Part shown: one piece after another, positions 12,334-25,774 of the stretch | Layout: each line of letters starts with the position of its first letter | How positions within the stretch are numbered: position 1 is the stretch's first letter | DNA from: Prorocentrum cordatum | Lineage: Eukaryota | Length of the DNA stretch: 64,000 nt | Assembly: GCA_963575745.1 (NCBI GenBank) | Contig: CAUYUJ010000192.1 | Location: forward strand, 186,001-250,000 | Reading direction: 5' to 3' | Translations under genes and position numbers: made by a program | Notes under the pieces: generated by a model | Database searches by the model: none | Seen by the model: the letters and a program-made list of their open reading frames with translations, nothing else | What the model was told of the DNA's origin: nothing

Positions 12334-13903
12334 TCTATACGACCACTCTTCGGGTGATAAGGAGGTTTGGTGGGGGGGAGAGGGGGGGGAACCAACATCT
12401 GACTCCATCGACATCACTATCGATCTCATTCAACGGGACACCGCTGGACACCATGGGACACTTGACGATCTCATTATCGATCTCATTATCGATCTCTTTC
12501 CACTGGACACCTCGGGACACCGCGGGACACTTCTCGATCTCATTATCGGTCCCATTATCGATCTCACTATCGATCTCACTCAACGGGACACCACGGGACA
12601 CCTGTCGATCTCATTATCGATCTCACTCAACGGGACACTACGGGACACCTCGGGGCACCACATCGATCTCATTATCGATCTCACTCAACGGGACACCACG
12701 GGACACCACGGGACACTTGACGATCTCATTATCGATCTCACTATCGATCTCACTCAACGGGACACCACGGGACACCGCGGAACACCTCTCGATCTCACTA
12801 TCAGTCTCAGTATCGCTCTCACTAGCGATCTCACTCAACGGGACACCATGGGACACCTCGGGACACCACATCGATCTCATTATCGATCCCGTTATCGATC
12901 TCACTCAACGGAACACCACGGGACACCTGTCGATCTCATTATCGATCTCACTCAACGGGACACTACGGGACACCTCGGGGCACCACATCGATCTCATTAT
13001 CGATCTCACTCAACGGGACACCACGGGACACCACGGGACACTTGACGATCTCACTATCGATCTCATTATCGATCTCACTCAAGGGGACACCACCGAACAC
13101 CTCGGGACACCGCGGGACACCACATCGATTTCACTATCGCCCTCACTAGCGATCTCACTATCGATCTTACTCAACGGGACACCATAGGACACCACGGGAC
13201 ACCTCGGGACACCTCTCGATCTCATTATCGATCCCACTATCGACCGCACTGTCGATCTCACTCAACGGGACACCACGGGACACCACGGGACACTTGTCGA
13301 TCTCACTATCGATCTCATTATCGATTTCACTTTTGGGGACACCACGGGACACCTCGGGGCACCGCATCGATCTCAGTATCGATCTCACTATCGCTCTCAC
13401 TATCGATCTTACTCAACGGGACACCATTGAACACCTCGGGACACCACATCGATCCCAATATCGATCTCACTTTTTCGGACACCACGGGACACCTCGGGGA
13501 ACCACATCGATCTCAGTATCGATCTCACTATCGATCTCACTCAACGGGACACCACGGGACACCACGGGACACCGCGGGACACCGCGAGCCACTGCCGGAC
13601 GGACGGACGGACGGGCGGGCGGGGGAGAATCATTTGTCTTGATTTCGCCTTAGAAACGGCGGACACCACGGGTCACCACGGGACACCGCGGGACACTGCA
13701 GGACCCCGCGAGCCACCGCTGGTTGGACGGACGGGCGGGCGGGGGAGAATCATTTGTCTTGACTTCGCCCCAGCAACGGCGGGTTCATTCCCCTCGCGCG
13801 CCGGCGCAGCTTCGCCTCGCCCGCACGCACGACACGAATGAAACGAAACGATTTCCCGGTTGGGGGTCTCCGTTCCACTGCGATCTCACCCCCCAACCTC
13901 CGA
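12334..13903 (-). mobile_element. Non-autonomous element with asymmetric inverted repeat and 3' GNA hairpin (Helitron2/Helentron/DINE-like architecture), carrying a ~1.2-kb minisatellite
   Basis: Both ends match 56236-56678 in reverse complement: 5' TCGGAGGTTGGGGGGTGAGATCGCAGTG... and 3' ...AACCTCCTTATCACCC-GAA-GAGTGGTCGTATAGA|T. Confidence 0.7.
12405..13585. repeat. Complex minisatellite of 12-bp atcgatctca(c/t)t and 10-bp cgggacacca units
   Basis: Dozens of alternating units directly visible. Confidence 0.95.
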
Positions 13904-14476
13904 CAAATTCGAGGGTCCGTGCGGATTCTTCGGATCGGGGTTGGGGCCCCCTTGGCGGCGCCTCCCGCGCCGCCCCCTGGCGCCCTTCGCGCGCCAGCTA
14001 GGGGGGTCCGGCGCCAATACGAGGAATCCGCGCGGATCTATGAGTTTTTGTGTTGATGCCGTGCGTAATGTCCTTTTGATGAGTGCGCATGGCTACCCAT
14101 ACCGCTACTTGTCCCTCGCTTTCCCCTCGATGGGTCGCCTGGGAGGCCCTCGTCGCCACCGTCGGATTCGCTTCGAAATCCTGGTCAGAACGCACCCCTG
14201 GCGAGGTCTGGGGAGTAGCGGTATGGGTAACTTTTGGTTTTCCCATACCAGATCCGACCCGATACTTTTCGGTTTCCCCATGGTTATTATGGTTTTCACA
14301 TACATGGACATGTTAGCCAGCGTGGACCCAAAGCAGTGTGTTTTAGCATTATCTGCGATGTGATATGTGCGATGTAGTCTACGCAGTACGATCGACATAG
14401 TGCAATACATGCAATACCAATCAATGCAGGGTAATTTCCGCTATTCAATCGATGCGGTGGAATCTTAAGCTAGGAG

Positions 14477-14691
14477 CCCCCAAACCAGGTGGTGAGATAT
14501 CAGATGGTGACCTGGAATCCCCCCAAAGTCACCGCCCGATTTTGGAACACGGGGTCACCGCGGGGTTTGTGGGTTCTGGACCCACCAGCGTTCGGGACAT
14601 CCTCGAAAAAACACACGAGTCCCCAAACGGGTTGGTGACACCAAATCGCCCGACACTCACCGCCTGGTGTTGTCACCACCACGTTTGGGGA
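14477..14691. mobile_element. MITE-like element with imperfect terminal inverted repeats
   Basis: ccccaaaccaggtggtga ... tcaccaccacgtttgggga; internal ggtgac/gtcacc motifs. Confidence 0.45.
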
Positions 14692-14903
14692 CTACTACTT
14701 AAGTCGCACTTGTCGGTTACACCATGCTATTCTACGCTATGCTATGCCCCTCTGTGACATGCTGAGTAAAACTGTGTTAGGCTGAGCTATGCTGTGCCAT
14801 GCTGTGTAACTGTTTGGTATGCTAGGCTGCGCTATGCCATGCGAGTGGACGAATGCTGATGAGCTTGTTTTCCACCACCACCATAAGTTGGAGGGGGGAA
14901 GGA

Positions 14904-14934
<31 letters not shown>

Positions 14935-17189
14935 GAGGAGGAGGAGGAGGAGGAGGAGGAGGACCCCTTCCCCTCCTACTTCTGGTGGTGGTGGTGGTGG
15001 GAAACAAGCCCACCAAATGCGAGTGGACGCGGCGGGTAGACGCGTGCCAACGAACAAGGGCAAGTGGCGGCGACGCACTGCTAACAAGGACGGCGACGGG
15101 CGGCGACGACCGGCCAGCTCGGCACAGGGGCCCAGTGATCTTTTAGAACACGCGTACAGTGGAGGCGCATGCGAAGAACCACCCAGGGTGACCGTGAACG
15201 AAAAACCGTCATGCATATGATGCGTTTCTCCTCCTCCTCCGTCTCCTCCGTCTCCTCCTCCTCCTCCTCCTCCTCCTCCTCCTCCTCCTCCTCCTCCTCC
15301 CCCGTTGTCTTCTCCTATTGTTTCTCTTGGCCCGACGTTGTCAGACGCGCCTGTCGCAGCCCGACTCGTCGTGGAAGTGGGGTGGCAGGGGGGGCGCAGA
15401 GAAGGGGGGGGGGGTCTTGGGCTTCGGTGGTTCTGCTGTGGAAGGCGTGACGTTCCTACACACTATCAGTGGGCGTCCCCTGGGGTCTCGGGGTTTGGTT
15501 CCTTGTGGAAGGATTCTTGTGGATTGGCCTCCACTGTAGTAGGGGAACGAAGACTGACATAAACAGAAAAACTCTGACGTCCGCGCGGATTTCTCGGATC
15601 GGCGCTGGACACCCCTCCTTGGCGCGCGGAGCGCGCCAGGGGCGGCGCCGGGGACTCCGTCAATGGGGTCCAGCGCGGGTCCGAAGAATCCGCGGGGACC
15701 TCCGAATTTTTATGTTTCTGTCATTGTTCGTTCCCCTAGGACTGGCCTCCACTGCAAGAACCCCTGAGCAAGCAAGCTGTGTTTCGGGGAATGCTACGCA
15801 TGCCGCTCGCACGCCACTGGGCGCAACGCGCCCCGCTGCTGCCCGCAGAGGCCGGCTCGCGGGAGGAGCGCAGGCGCGGGCGCGAAGATGCGCCAGGGAG
15901 CGGGAGCGCCGACGACGAGCGAAGGACCCATGATCGGCGGCGAGCGAGGGAGGGAAGTCTTCGAGGTTCGAGGTTTTCCGACGGTTTCGTCGGTTCTCGG
16001 CGGTTGTCCTGCCTCGGGATGCTTTCCAGCGTCTGCGTCTCGCCGAGGGCGTTCCGAGGATGCGGGGATCGTCCCGATCGGCCGCGGGAGGCCCGAGCTA
16101 TGACCCCCCAAACCACATTCGACGGCGCGCCCAGGGGGGGAAAGAGGCCTTCTCTGAGGGAGCGAAGAATGACGTAAACAGACAAATTCTGAGGTCCGCG
16201 CGGATTTCTCGGATCGGCGCTGGACCCCCCTCCCTGGCGCGCGGAGCGTGCCAGAGGCGGCGCCGGAGGCGCCGCCAGGGGGCTTCGAACCTTCTGAGAA
16301 GGCTTTCTCCTTCTCACTTCCCCCTCTCGCTCGCCGTCAACATGACCGACTGGGCCAAGATCGGACGCGGCTAGGACGAGGATAAATCTCCTCCAGGTGG
16401 AACGCTCTCGCAGCGTTCCAGGACGCTCTGAGGAGGCCGCTGCGCCCGAGACATCCTCCGAAGCCGCCAGATCCCAGAGATTCTCGATCTATTCTCACCC
16501 GATTTATATCTTCGTCCTGGCATCGCCTGACAAGAGCGGGGGGGCAGGAACAAAACGGCATCGACTGGGCCAAACACGGGGGTGGGCGGATCCAAGACGG
16601 CAACCGATTGCTCCTTGGAGGCCATCAGCCAACCAGACAAGGGAGGTTCAGCCACGCGCAATGGGGGGCAGCGGGAGGGGAGGAGGGCTTCCAATACCCC
16701 CCCCCTGCTTATGATGAGGCGCGAACCTTCTGTACATATGTAAGGTCCGCGCCGTCTGAGAAGCAGGGGTGCTTCTAAGCAGCCTTCCACTCTCCCCTAT
16801 ACCCCCTTGTGGGGGAAGGGTGCGCCGAAGGCGCGCCCCTGGGCCAAAGACGCCCGAGATGTTTGCGATAACGCAGGGCTCAAAGCGCTCTCTCCGCGAG
16901 GCTGCGCTCTGGGAACGCGGACCCTCGACGCCGTGATTTCTTCACAACGTCGACCCCCAGAGGTCTGGACCCCTTCCCTGGTGCAGTTTTTCCGTGCCGC
17001 GCCGTTTTTTTGACGGCCCTGGGGTCTGGTAAGGGCCCCAGAGAATAGCGAAAGCCCTCCCGTCATGATTTTTCCACGGCGCGAGGGGGAACCCAATTAC
17101 AGCACTGCTGGAAACATCTGTGCGATCTCTCTTCCCAGGAGCCGTGCGCCGCAGGGCACCGCCCCCGCGCCTGGACACCTCGAGGGAGC

Positions 17190-19125
17190 ACGACGTCGAC
17201 GCTGACGACGACGACGACCACGACGACCACGACGACCACGACCACGACCATGACCACGACTACGACGACGACCACGACAACGACGAGGACAACGACGAGG
17301 ACGACGACCACCACGACGACGACGACGACTACGACGACGACGACGACGAAGACGAGGAGCTCGAGGACCACGAACACTACCACGACCACGGCGACGACGA
17401 CGACGATGACGACGACGACCACGCTTACGACGACGACCACGACGTCGACGACGACGAGGACAACGACGAGGACGACGACCATGCCCACAACGACGACACA
17501 CCGACGACGACGACGACTACGACGACGACGAGGAGGACGAGGACCACGAACACTACCACGACCACAGCGACGACGATGACGACGACGACGACGAGGACGA
17601 CGACCACGACCACGAAAACGACGACGACAGGGACGACGAGGACGACGACCACGACCACGACGACGACGATGACGACGAGGACGACGACCACGAACACGCC
17701 GACGACACGAAACACGACGACGACGCCGACGACGAGGACGATGACCACGACCACGACGACGACGACGCCGACGACGACGACGAGGACGACGACCACGACG
17801 ACGACCACGACCACGACAACGACGACGACGACGAGGACGATGACTACGATGACGACGGCGAGGACGACGACCACGACCACGACCACGACGACGACGACAG
17901 GGACGACGACGACGACCACCACGACCTCGATGACGACGACGACCACGACGAGGACGACGACCACGAACACGACGGCGACGACGACGACGACAACATCGAC
18001 GACGACGAAGACGACGACCACGACGACGACGACGACGAGGACGACGGCAACGACCACGATCACGATGACGACGACGACGACGAGGAGGACGCCGACGACG
18101 CCGACGACGACGATGATGACGACCATGGTCACGACCACGACGACGACGACGATCACAACGACGACGACCACGACCACGACCACGCCGACGACGAAGACGA
18201 CGATGACTAGGACGACGACCACCACCACCACCACAACGACCACGTTGACAGGGACGACGACCACGACCACAACGACGACGACGACCACGACAACGACGAC
18301 CACGACGACGACGATGACGACGACGACGACGAGGACGAGGACGACCACGGCTTCGACCACGACGACGACGGCGACGCACCGAGGACGACGACCACGACCA
18401 CGACCACGATGACGACGACGACAGGGACGACGACGACCACCACGACCATAACCACCACGACGACTACGACGACGAGGACAGACCACGACCTCGACGACGA
18501 CGGCGACGACGACCAAGACCACGACCACGACGGCGACGACGAGGACGACGACCACGACCACGACCACGACGACGACGATCACGACCACGACGACGACAAC
18601 ATCGACAACCACGACGACGACGAGGACGACGACCACGACCACGACCACGACAACGACGACCACGACGAAGACGACGACGACGAGGATGACGACCGCGACC
18701 ACTACCACGACGACGACGACGACGCCGAGGACGACGACCAAGACCATGACGATGACGACGACGAGGACGAGGACGACCACCACGACCACGACCACAACGA
18801 CCACGACTGATACGACGACGAGGACGACGACCGCGACCACGACCACGACGACGACGACGCTGACCTCGACCACTACCGCGACCACGACGACGAGGACGAC
18901 GACCACGACCACGACCAATAGACGACAACGACAACGAGGACGACGACCACGACGACGACGACGACGCTGACGACGACGACGAGGAGGACGACGACGAGGA
19001 CGACGACGACGACGAGGACGACGACGACGACTACAACCACTTCCACGACCACGACCACGACGACGAGGTCGATGATCACGACCACTTCCACGACCATGAC
19101 GACGACGATGATGACGACGACGACG
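17190..19125. repeat. ~1.9-kb degenerate (GAC/CAC)n trinucleotide array
   Basis: Continuous gacgacgac/gaccac repeats; source of the poly-T/D/V/R ORFs. Confidence 0.97.
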
Positions 19126-20459
19126 TCCCCGAGATCCGATGCTCCGTGGAAATGTGGAGCTGCCGGTTTCGGTGGAATTTTTGGTTCCTGGACGGCCTTC
19201 GTCGGGCCGTCAACAAACGAATCGGGAGGCAAAACTTGCCCCAGTCCCGTTCTATGGGAGCTCGCATCGAAGAACATGGAGCGCCGGAAGTCTGTGTCGA
19301 GCGGGCCCTTACGGGCTGCCTTTGGCCCCTCTGCGGCCGTTTTGGGCCCCAGCTTTCCCAGGCTTCCCGGGTGGGAGTGGAGCAGATCCCAGACGTGCGA
19401 CATCTTGATCTTGCACACGCGGTCCACGGATGCCCCGAGCCTCTTCCCAGGGGCTTGCTCCCTGAGGTTGTGGAGGCTCGTGTTCCTCCTGCGACCCTAG
19501 GGGCTGCAGACAGTCCGCAGGTGGTCGCGAGGTACTCGCCCGGCCTGTGAGCGCGAGAAAAAAACACAGGGTTTTGTTTTTCATCCTGAGACTTTTTGTT
19601 GACGGTCCCAGGGCCTGGTTATGGCCCGCGCAGAGGCTGAGAATTGCGAAACAAAAACCGCCATCCAGGGGTGTGTATCGGCCAGTGGGGCCCAGGCCAC
19701 GCCAGTGGGGACGCGGGGGTTGCTAAGATGCCCCCGGCCTGAGGTGCCCCCAGCTTCGCCCTCCATTTTGGAGTCCACTGGGCCTTCTCTGGCCTCGTGG
19801 GCGGTGCTCTGGAGGCCGCGGGGGCCTCATTGGCAATCCTTGGGGCACACGGGGCCAGCGATCGGTCAAGCGATGCCCATCGAAGAAGGAAGCACACCAT
19901 GAACATGAACTTTCGGCGCTCCGCGCGGATTTCTTGGATAGCGCTGGGCCCCCGGCGGCGCCGCCCCTGGCGCGCTCCGCGCGCCAGAGAGGTGGGCCTA
20001 GGCGCCGATCCAAGCCATCCGCGCGGAGCGCCATCAGTTTATGTTTATGCCCTTTTTGTTTTCTTTTTTTGATCAGACTTCCACCTCGTCTCGTGGCCGC
20101 GGAGCTGGGCCTCGTGAGAGGTGCTTTGGAGGCCGTGGAGGGGCCGCCTCGGAAATCCTTGGGGCACCTTGGGGCCAAGGGCACGCCCAGCAACCTCCGA
20201 GGGACAGGAATCTGTTGGTCGTCGTCGTCATCGTCGTCGGTCGAGCGATGCCCAGAGGTCCACCTTGTGGCCGCGGAGCTGGGCATGGCGTCGCAGTCCG
20301 TGGGGCCCACGGGCGCCCGGGTGGTGACCGTCACGAACGTCTCGGGCAGGCCGCCTGCACGTGGGGTTCCGCGGGCCGTCGCCCGGTGCGCATGATCCAC
20401 GGCGTCTGCGCGTGTGCGCTCCGTGGGCAGTTTTTGGGCGCGCTCGCCCTCCCTCTTCC

Positions 20460-20823
20460 CCCTTCCCTTCCACCTCCTCCTCCTCCTCCTCCTCCTCCTC
20501 CTCCTCCTCCTCCTCCTCCTCCTCCTCCTCCTCCTCCTCCTCCTCCTCCTCCTCCTCCTCCTCCTCCTCCTCCTCCCTCCTCCTCCTCCTCCTCCCCTCC
20601 TCCTCCTCCTCCTCCTCCTCCCCTCCTCCTCCTTCTCCTCCTCCTCCTCCTCCTCGTCCTCCTCCTTCTCCCCCTCCTCCTCCCCCCTCCTTCTTCTCCT
20701 CCTTCTTCTCCTCCTTCTATCCCTCCTCCTCCTATCCCTCCTCCTCCTCCTATCCCTCCTCCTCGTACCTCTCCTCCTCTTTCTCCTTCTCCTCCTCGCG
20801 CTCCTCCTCCCCCTCCTCCTCCC

Positions 20824-20854
<31 letters not shown>

Positions 20855-20885
20855 CTCCTCCTCCTCCTCCTCCTCCTCCTCCTCC
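20460..20885. repeat. (CCT)n microsatellite
   Basis: Directly visible. Confidence 0.97.
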
Positions 20886-21074
20886 CCGAAGCACAAACTT
20901 GTGGCGCTCCGCGCGGACCTCTTGGATCCGCGCCGCTCCATCCAAGACATCCGCGCGGAGCGTTGTTCCTCCTCTGAGGATCTCCCCGGGGGGCGCGGGT
21001 CCCGAGGGACACGGGCCCCGTGGTTTCTGGCCGTTCTCGGGCTCCCGGGGGCCCTTTCCTCGGGCCCCGGGGCT

Positions 21075-21290
21075 GGCAGGAAGGGGCTCCAGAGGAGGAT
21101 CTCCTCCAGGGGGAAGGCCCTTTCCTCCAGGGGGATCTCCTCCAGGAGGATGTCCTCCAGGAGGATCTCCTCCAGGAGGATCTCCTCCAGGGGGAAGGGG
21201 CTCCAGAGGAGGATCTCCTCCTCCTCCTCCTCCTCCTCCTCCTCCAGGGGACACAAGTCCTGGAGGAGGATCTCCTCCAGGACTTGTGTC
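21075..21290. repeat. Tandem palindromic units (ggaggaggatctcctcc)
   Basis: Repeated ggaggatctcctccagg; each unit is self-complementary around GATC. Confidence 0.85.
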
Positions 21291-21788
21291 CCTCCGGGCC
21301 CACTTCCTCCGTGCTGGACGGTCACTCCTTGTCCCGGTGTGCGTGGCTGAAGCGCGTGGCTGACGAGGAATTCCGTGGCCAGGATTCTTGTTGTTGTCGT
21401 CGTTCTCGCCCACGGCCCCCACGCGACCAAGCCGCGACACATCCGCGACCCACCCCGCGACCCGCCCGCGACACGCCCGCGACCCACTCGCGACCCACCC
21501 GCGACCCACCCCGCGACCCACCCGCGACCCACCCCTCGCCCGCCCCTTCCTCTTATCCGCAACTGAGGGGTGCTCCATCTGTTTTTTCTCACAAATCCGC
21601 GGACGACATGTTTCAGAAGACGATCCTGGGCGCCTTTCGTTGTCGCTTAGTTTGGCTTTTCTGCGCCTCCCAGTGGTCCGCAATGGTTTTCTCGCGCCAC
21701 TGGAGGCCACTGGAGGCCGCATAGAGTCGCTGTAGGATCCACTGGAGACCCCTGGAGGCTCGCGGAGGACCACTGGAGGCTACTAGGG

Positions 21789-21955
21789 TTAAGTCGGGCT
21801 TGTCCCTCTACAGGAAGAATATTCAAAAGTAGTCAAACATAGTCTGGGGACGATTTTTGTCATATGAAAAACCACGTTTGCTTATTTTGGGGATGTCTTG
21901 AAAGTTGTTTTATTTGTCGTCCAAAATCCGCCTCTGGGAGGACATGCCCGATCTA
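21789..21955. mobile_element. MITE-like family D; copies ~49069-49229, 52570-52731, partial 59713-59790
   Basis: Ends ttaagtcgggc(g/t)tgtc ... gaca(t/g)gc(c/t)cga(c)tt(a)a with AT-rich interiors. Confidence 0.6.
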
Positions 21956-22859
21956 ACACTAGGGGCCACTGGAGGAGCTACTGCGCCCACTCAGGTGATT
22001 ACGAAAGGCCCTCTTCTGAAACGTGCGTGCACCGTACCGCGCTAGCGCCCCTGGAGGGGTCGTCGAACCTCAACCTGGGCGTGGCACGGTGCACAGATTT
22101 CTCTGGCCGCAAGCAGACTAATGCACCGTACCCCGCGCTGGTGGATTGGCCTGAAGAGAGTCCAGATGTATGATGTTCCGACCTTCTTTAGCCTTGATCA
22201 CCAGAAAGAAATTCGAATACCACGAAATTACCGAATCTTTTCACGTGCCCGGCCCTGGGAGGCGATACTCGTTCGACATTGTTTCGTTTTTTTTTCTGGG
22301 CGTTCGAATTTATTTCTGGGATGTGGTCCTTGTAAGTACGATGGGAGCAACATAAGTCCAGACATGGTACGGTGAAGGGCCCGCCGTTCGCGTATCAGAA
22401 GACTCCCAGACGGGGTCCGAGTGCATTCGGGGGCGTCCAAGAGTAGGAGATGACTGGGGTTGAGTGTGTCTTTTGAAGCAAACTAGATCCAAAAGCTAAG
22501 CTCTTTACACATTCTTTATAATACTCTGATTCAATTCTGGCCCGAAACTTTGTTTCATCTCTGATTTTTGCTGAAACTCTGATGTAGCTCTGCTCTGAAC
22601 TCCGATTTCACTCTGATTCGGCTCTGTCCACAGCCGCTGAGAGCAGAGGCGAATCAGAGCTAAGTCAGAGTTACGTCAGAGTTCCAGAACCAGAGCTAAA
22701 TCGGAGTTTCAGCTAAGCAGAGATGGATCAGATATTCAGGCCAGAATCAAAACAGAGTTTAATCAGAGTGTCATCAGAGTTCTGGCAGTTCGGGGCTGAG
22801 GGCGCGGGGCGCGCTGCGCAAGTGCGCATGCCTTCTGCAAATGCAGGGGGCACGATGGG

Positions 22860-24564
22860 CGAGAACGGGGGCGGGAGCGAAAGCGGGAACGAGGGCGGGA
22901 GCGACGTCGGGAACGAAAGCGAAAACGAGGGCGGGAGCGAAGGTTGGAGCCAGGGCGGGAACGAGGGGGGGAACGACGGCGAGAACGAGGGCGGGAGCGA
23001 AGGCGGGAATGAGGGACGGAGCGAGGGCGAATGCGAGGACGGGAGCGAGGGCGGGAACGAAGGCAGGAGCGACAACGGCGGCCTTCCTCGGGGTGGGGGG
23101 GGGGGCGGCGCCGGCCACCGAGAGCGCGGCTGAGGCACTCTGCTTCCCGCGGCTGGCCCCTGCCCCGCGACGACCGCCAAAGTCGAGGCTCGAAGGCTCC
23201 CGATGGCGTTTCTGACTATTTCTTCGTCCTCGTTGTCCTCCTTCTCCTCCTCCTCCTCCTCCTCCTCCTCTTCCTCCTTTATGGGGGGCGGGCGACCGGG
23301 GAGGATGAGTGACAGGGCTCCGAGTCTCGAGCCCAGACCCTCGGAGGCAACAGCCACCCCAAACCTCACACAATCTTCGAGCCTCAGACCTCCCCCCCCA
23401 GTCCTCGCCCCCCCCCCTTCCCCCTCCTCCCCCTCCGCTTCCTCCTCGCACTGCATATGCCCTGGCAGTGTGGGGTTTTTATGTTTTGATTTCCCTACGT
23501 GAAGGCGGAAATCCTGGAAATCCTCGGAGGGAAGGGGATGAGGAGTTGGATCCAGGATCGAAGCGCTCGAAGGTCGCACGTGTTTGGTGTGTTGCTGTTC
23601 TGTGGCCGAGGGACTTCGCGTCGCCGCGGCCGGCCCCCCGTTGGAGCCTCTGGCCAGAACAAGAGTAGCGATTTTGAGAGGGCCGCCGGATGCCGCGCAA
23701 CGAGCTCGGGCCGGGCGAAAGGGGGGGATTGGGAAAGGGGGCGTCACGAAATTTGCTGCATGCAGCTGGTTTCGGCCTCACCGAGGGGGCCATTCCTCGA
23801 TACATAGCCGCCCCCGGCGCCAGGAGGCGCCGGGAAAATCAGTTACGTGAGCTGATTCTCAAACCCCCCCTTTGCTATCCCCCCCTTTCGCCCGACCCGA
23901 CGAGCGCGAGGCTGAGTTTTTTTTCCTCACTTCGGTCTTGACTGGCAGCTCCCAGGCCCTTGGGCCGCCCAAAACGATCCAGCAACCAGTTCCTAGAAGG
24001 GGTCGAGAGGTTTGGGAAGCATGCTTCGAAACAACGGCCCGTATGAAGTCGGTGCGTTTGGGCGTTGTTATACCTTTTGCTGTGCCTCTGGGAGGTTCTC
24101 GCAACCGTGGATCATTCCCCCCGAAGATTTTGGTCCGGGCCCACACCGACCTTCGGCGACACGCGTTCGAGAGGGGGTGGCGCAGGAACGATGGGGCGCG
24201 CGCGGGCACGGATAAAAGAACGGAAAAGCGAAGGAGGAAAAGGAGAGGAGGGGAGGGAAGCGGCACACAGGAGAGAAGAAAACAAGGCTTGGGCTTGGCA
24301 TCGCTCGGACGTGTGCATGCTTTCTCGGCGAGAATCATCGAGGACCACCCTGGACCATCGAGCAGAACAAACACGCACGAAACCGAAACATGCACGGGAA
24401 ATGGACGTCCGAGCGACGGCAAGTGGGCGCGCGGGGGCACGCGGCGGCCCTGCGCACTCGCGGTCGTTCGAACAAGAGCCCGCGCAATCGGGCGCCATCC
24501 CCGTCACGCGCCCTGACAGCGACTTTTGCCACCAGCTGCACAAGCGCTGGGGCCCAGAAGACAT

Positions 24565-24608
<44 letters not shown>

Positions 24609-24870
24609 AACGGGAGCGGTAACGGAGACGGAGACACAGCGGGAGAGAGCGGGGGAGCGGCTTCGCTTACAGGCGCCGCGCGGCGGGGAGGGACAGGGAA
24701 AAAACCCTTCGGTCCCGCCTTCGCTCCCGCCCTCGTTCCCGCCCTTAGCTTCGCCTTCGTTCTCGCCTTCGTTCCCGCCTTCGTTCCCGCCTTCGTTCCC
24801 GCCCTCGTTCTCGCCGTCGTTCCCGCCCTCGTTCCCGCCCTCGTTTTCGCCTTCGTTCTCGCTCTCATTC
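22860..24870. repeat. Inverted pair of 12-bp-unit arrays (gggcgggaacga at 22860-23070; tcgttcccgccc at 24712-24870) flanking ~1.6 kb
   Basis: The units of the two arrays are reverse complements of each other. Confidence 0.8.
23705..23900. mobile_element. MITE-like family C (~190 bp); inverted copy at 59512-59712 inside an intron
   Basis: Terminal inverted repeats gggcgaaagggggg / cccccctttcgccc. The interior aaatttgctgcatgcagctggtttcggcctcaccgagggg is shared between the two copies. Confidence 0.85.
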
Positions 24871-25774
24871 CGGGGCCGCCCAAGGGCCGTCTGGGGAGCC
24901 CAGGGGCCGCCAGGGGAAATCAGACTTGCAAAAAGTTTTTCGGCCAGACTTCAAACAAACCTCAAACAGACTCTAAAGATGACTCAAACAGACCTCAATC
25001 AGAGTTTGACCCAAAGCAGACCTCAAACATATTTCAAGCATACCCACCCAAGAGATATCGCATGTTACCCCCCCTCCTTGCCCCCCCCCCTTAGCGGTAA
25101 CGCACTAGCCCCGATCCCGCGCGATCCGAGGCAGCCTAGGGCATGTGTGCATGCGGGCGTGCACTATAATGCACGCAGGAAACTGTTTCTTGAGGGTCCA
25201 GCAATCACCCGGGTTATCGGGTTCGCCCCCCCTCCCCTCCCGGCCCAGGATAACCTAACCTAGCCGTTTGTGTAGGTCCGGGGGGCGGGCGCAGGGAGCT
25301 TGCAGGGAACGCTGTGTTCAACGGCGCGGTGGTGTTCGCCACAGCATGATGGTGTTTGGATGCACGTTGGCGAAGCGTTGGGGCTTGGAGTGGCACGGGG
25401 AGACGACGACAGACGACAGACGACGATAGATGACGGTAAACGACGACGAACGACGACGACACCGACGACCGACGACGACCGACGCCGTCCATAGGCATCT
25501 TTACGTGCACGTGAGCAGCGCGTACACAGGCATTGCGTTGTGCACAGGCAGCGAAGCGGTTTGGTGCGCGCATTTGTTGCTGTTGCAGCAAGATCTTCTG
25601 GGCCCCCCAAAACGGGACCGTTCCATGCGCATGAAAAGTCAATAGTCACGAATAGCTTACACATTAGATTTGTTACGTTCGGATCCCCCACGATTTTCTG
25701 GGGTTTGGTCCTGCCGGGGGCCTTGGACATGTACTTATTTGCGTGGTGTACAAAAGCTCTTTGGTGCACCTGAA

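Noticed and set aside
12320..13653. Repeat-protein ORFs (DLIIDLTQRDTTGH / SISLSISLNGTP)
   Set aside because: Translations of a minisatellite with mixed 10- and 12-bp units that shift frame constantly.
17063..19125. Long poly-Thr/Asp/Val/Arg ORFs (mucin-like)
   Set aside because: Open in most frames on both strands because they translate a (GAC)n microsatellite; no unique flanking coding sequence.
19370..19490. Possible minus-strand exon (RNTSLHNLREQ...DRVCKIKMSHVWDLLHSHP)
   Set aside because: Protein-like, but no recognisable domain and no partner exons could be linked.
19723..21773. Several 300-500-aa Pro/Gly/Arg-rich ORFs
   Set aside because: Products of (CCT)n and palindromic repeats; the same applies to ORFs at 45757-46742 and 54605-55547.
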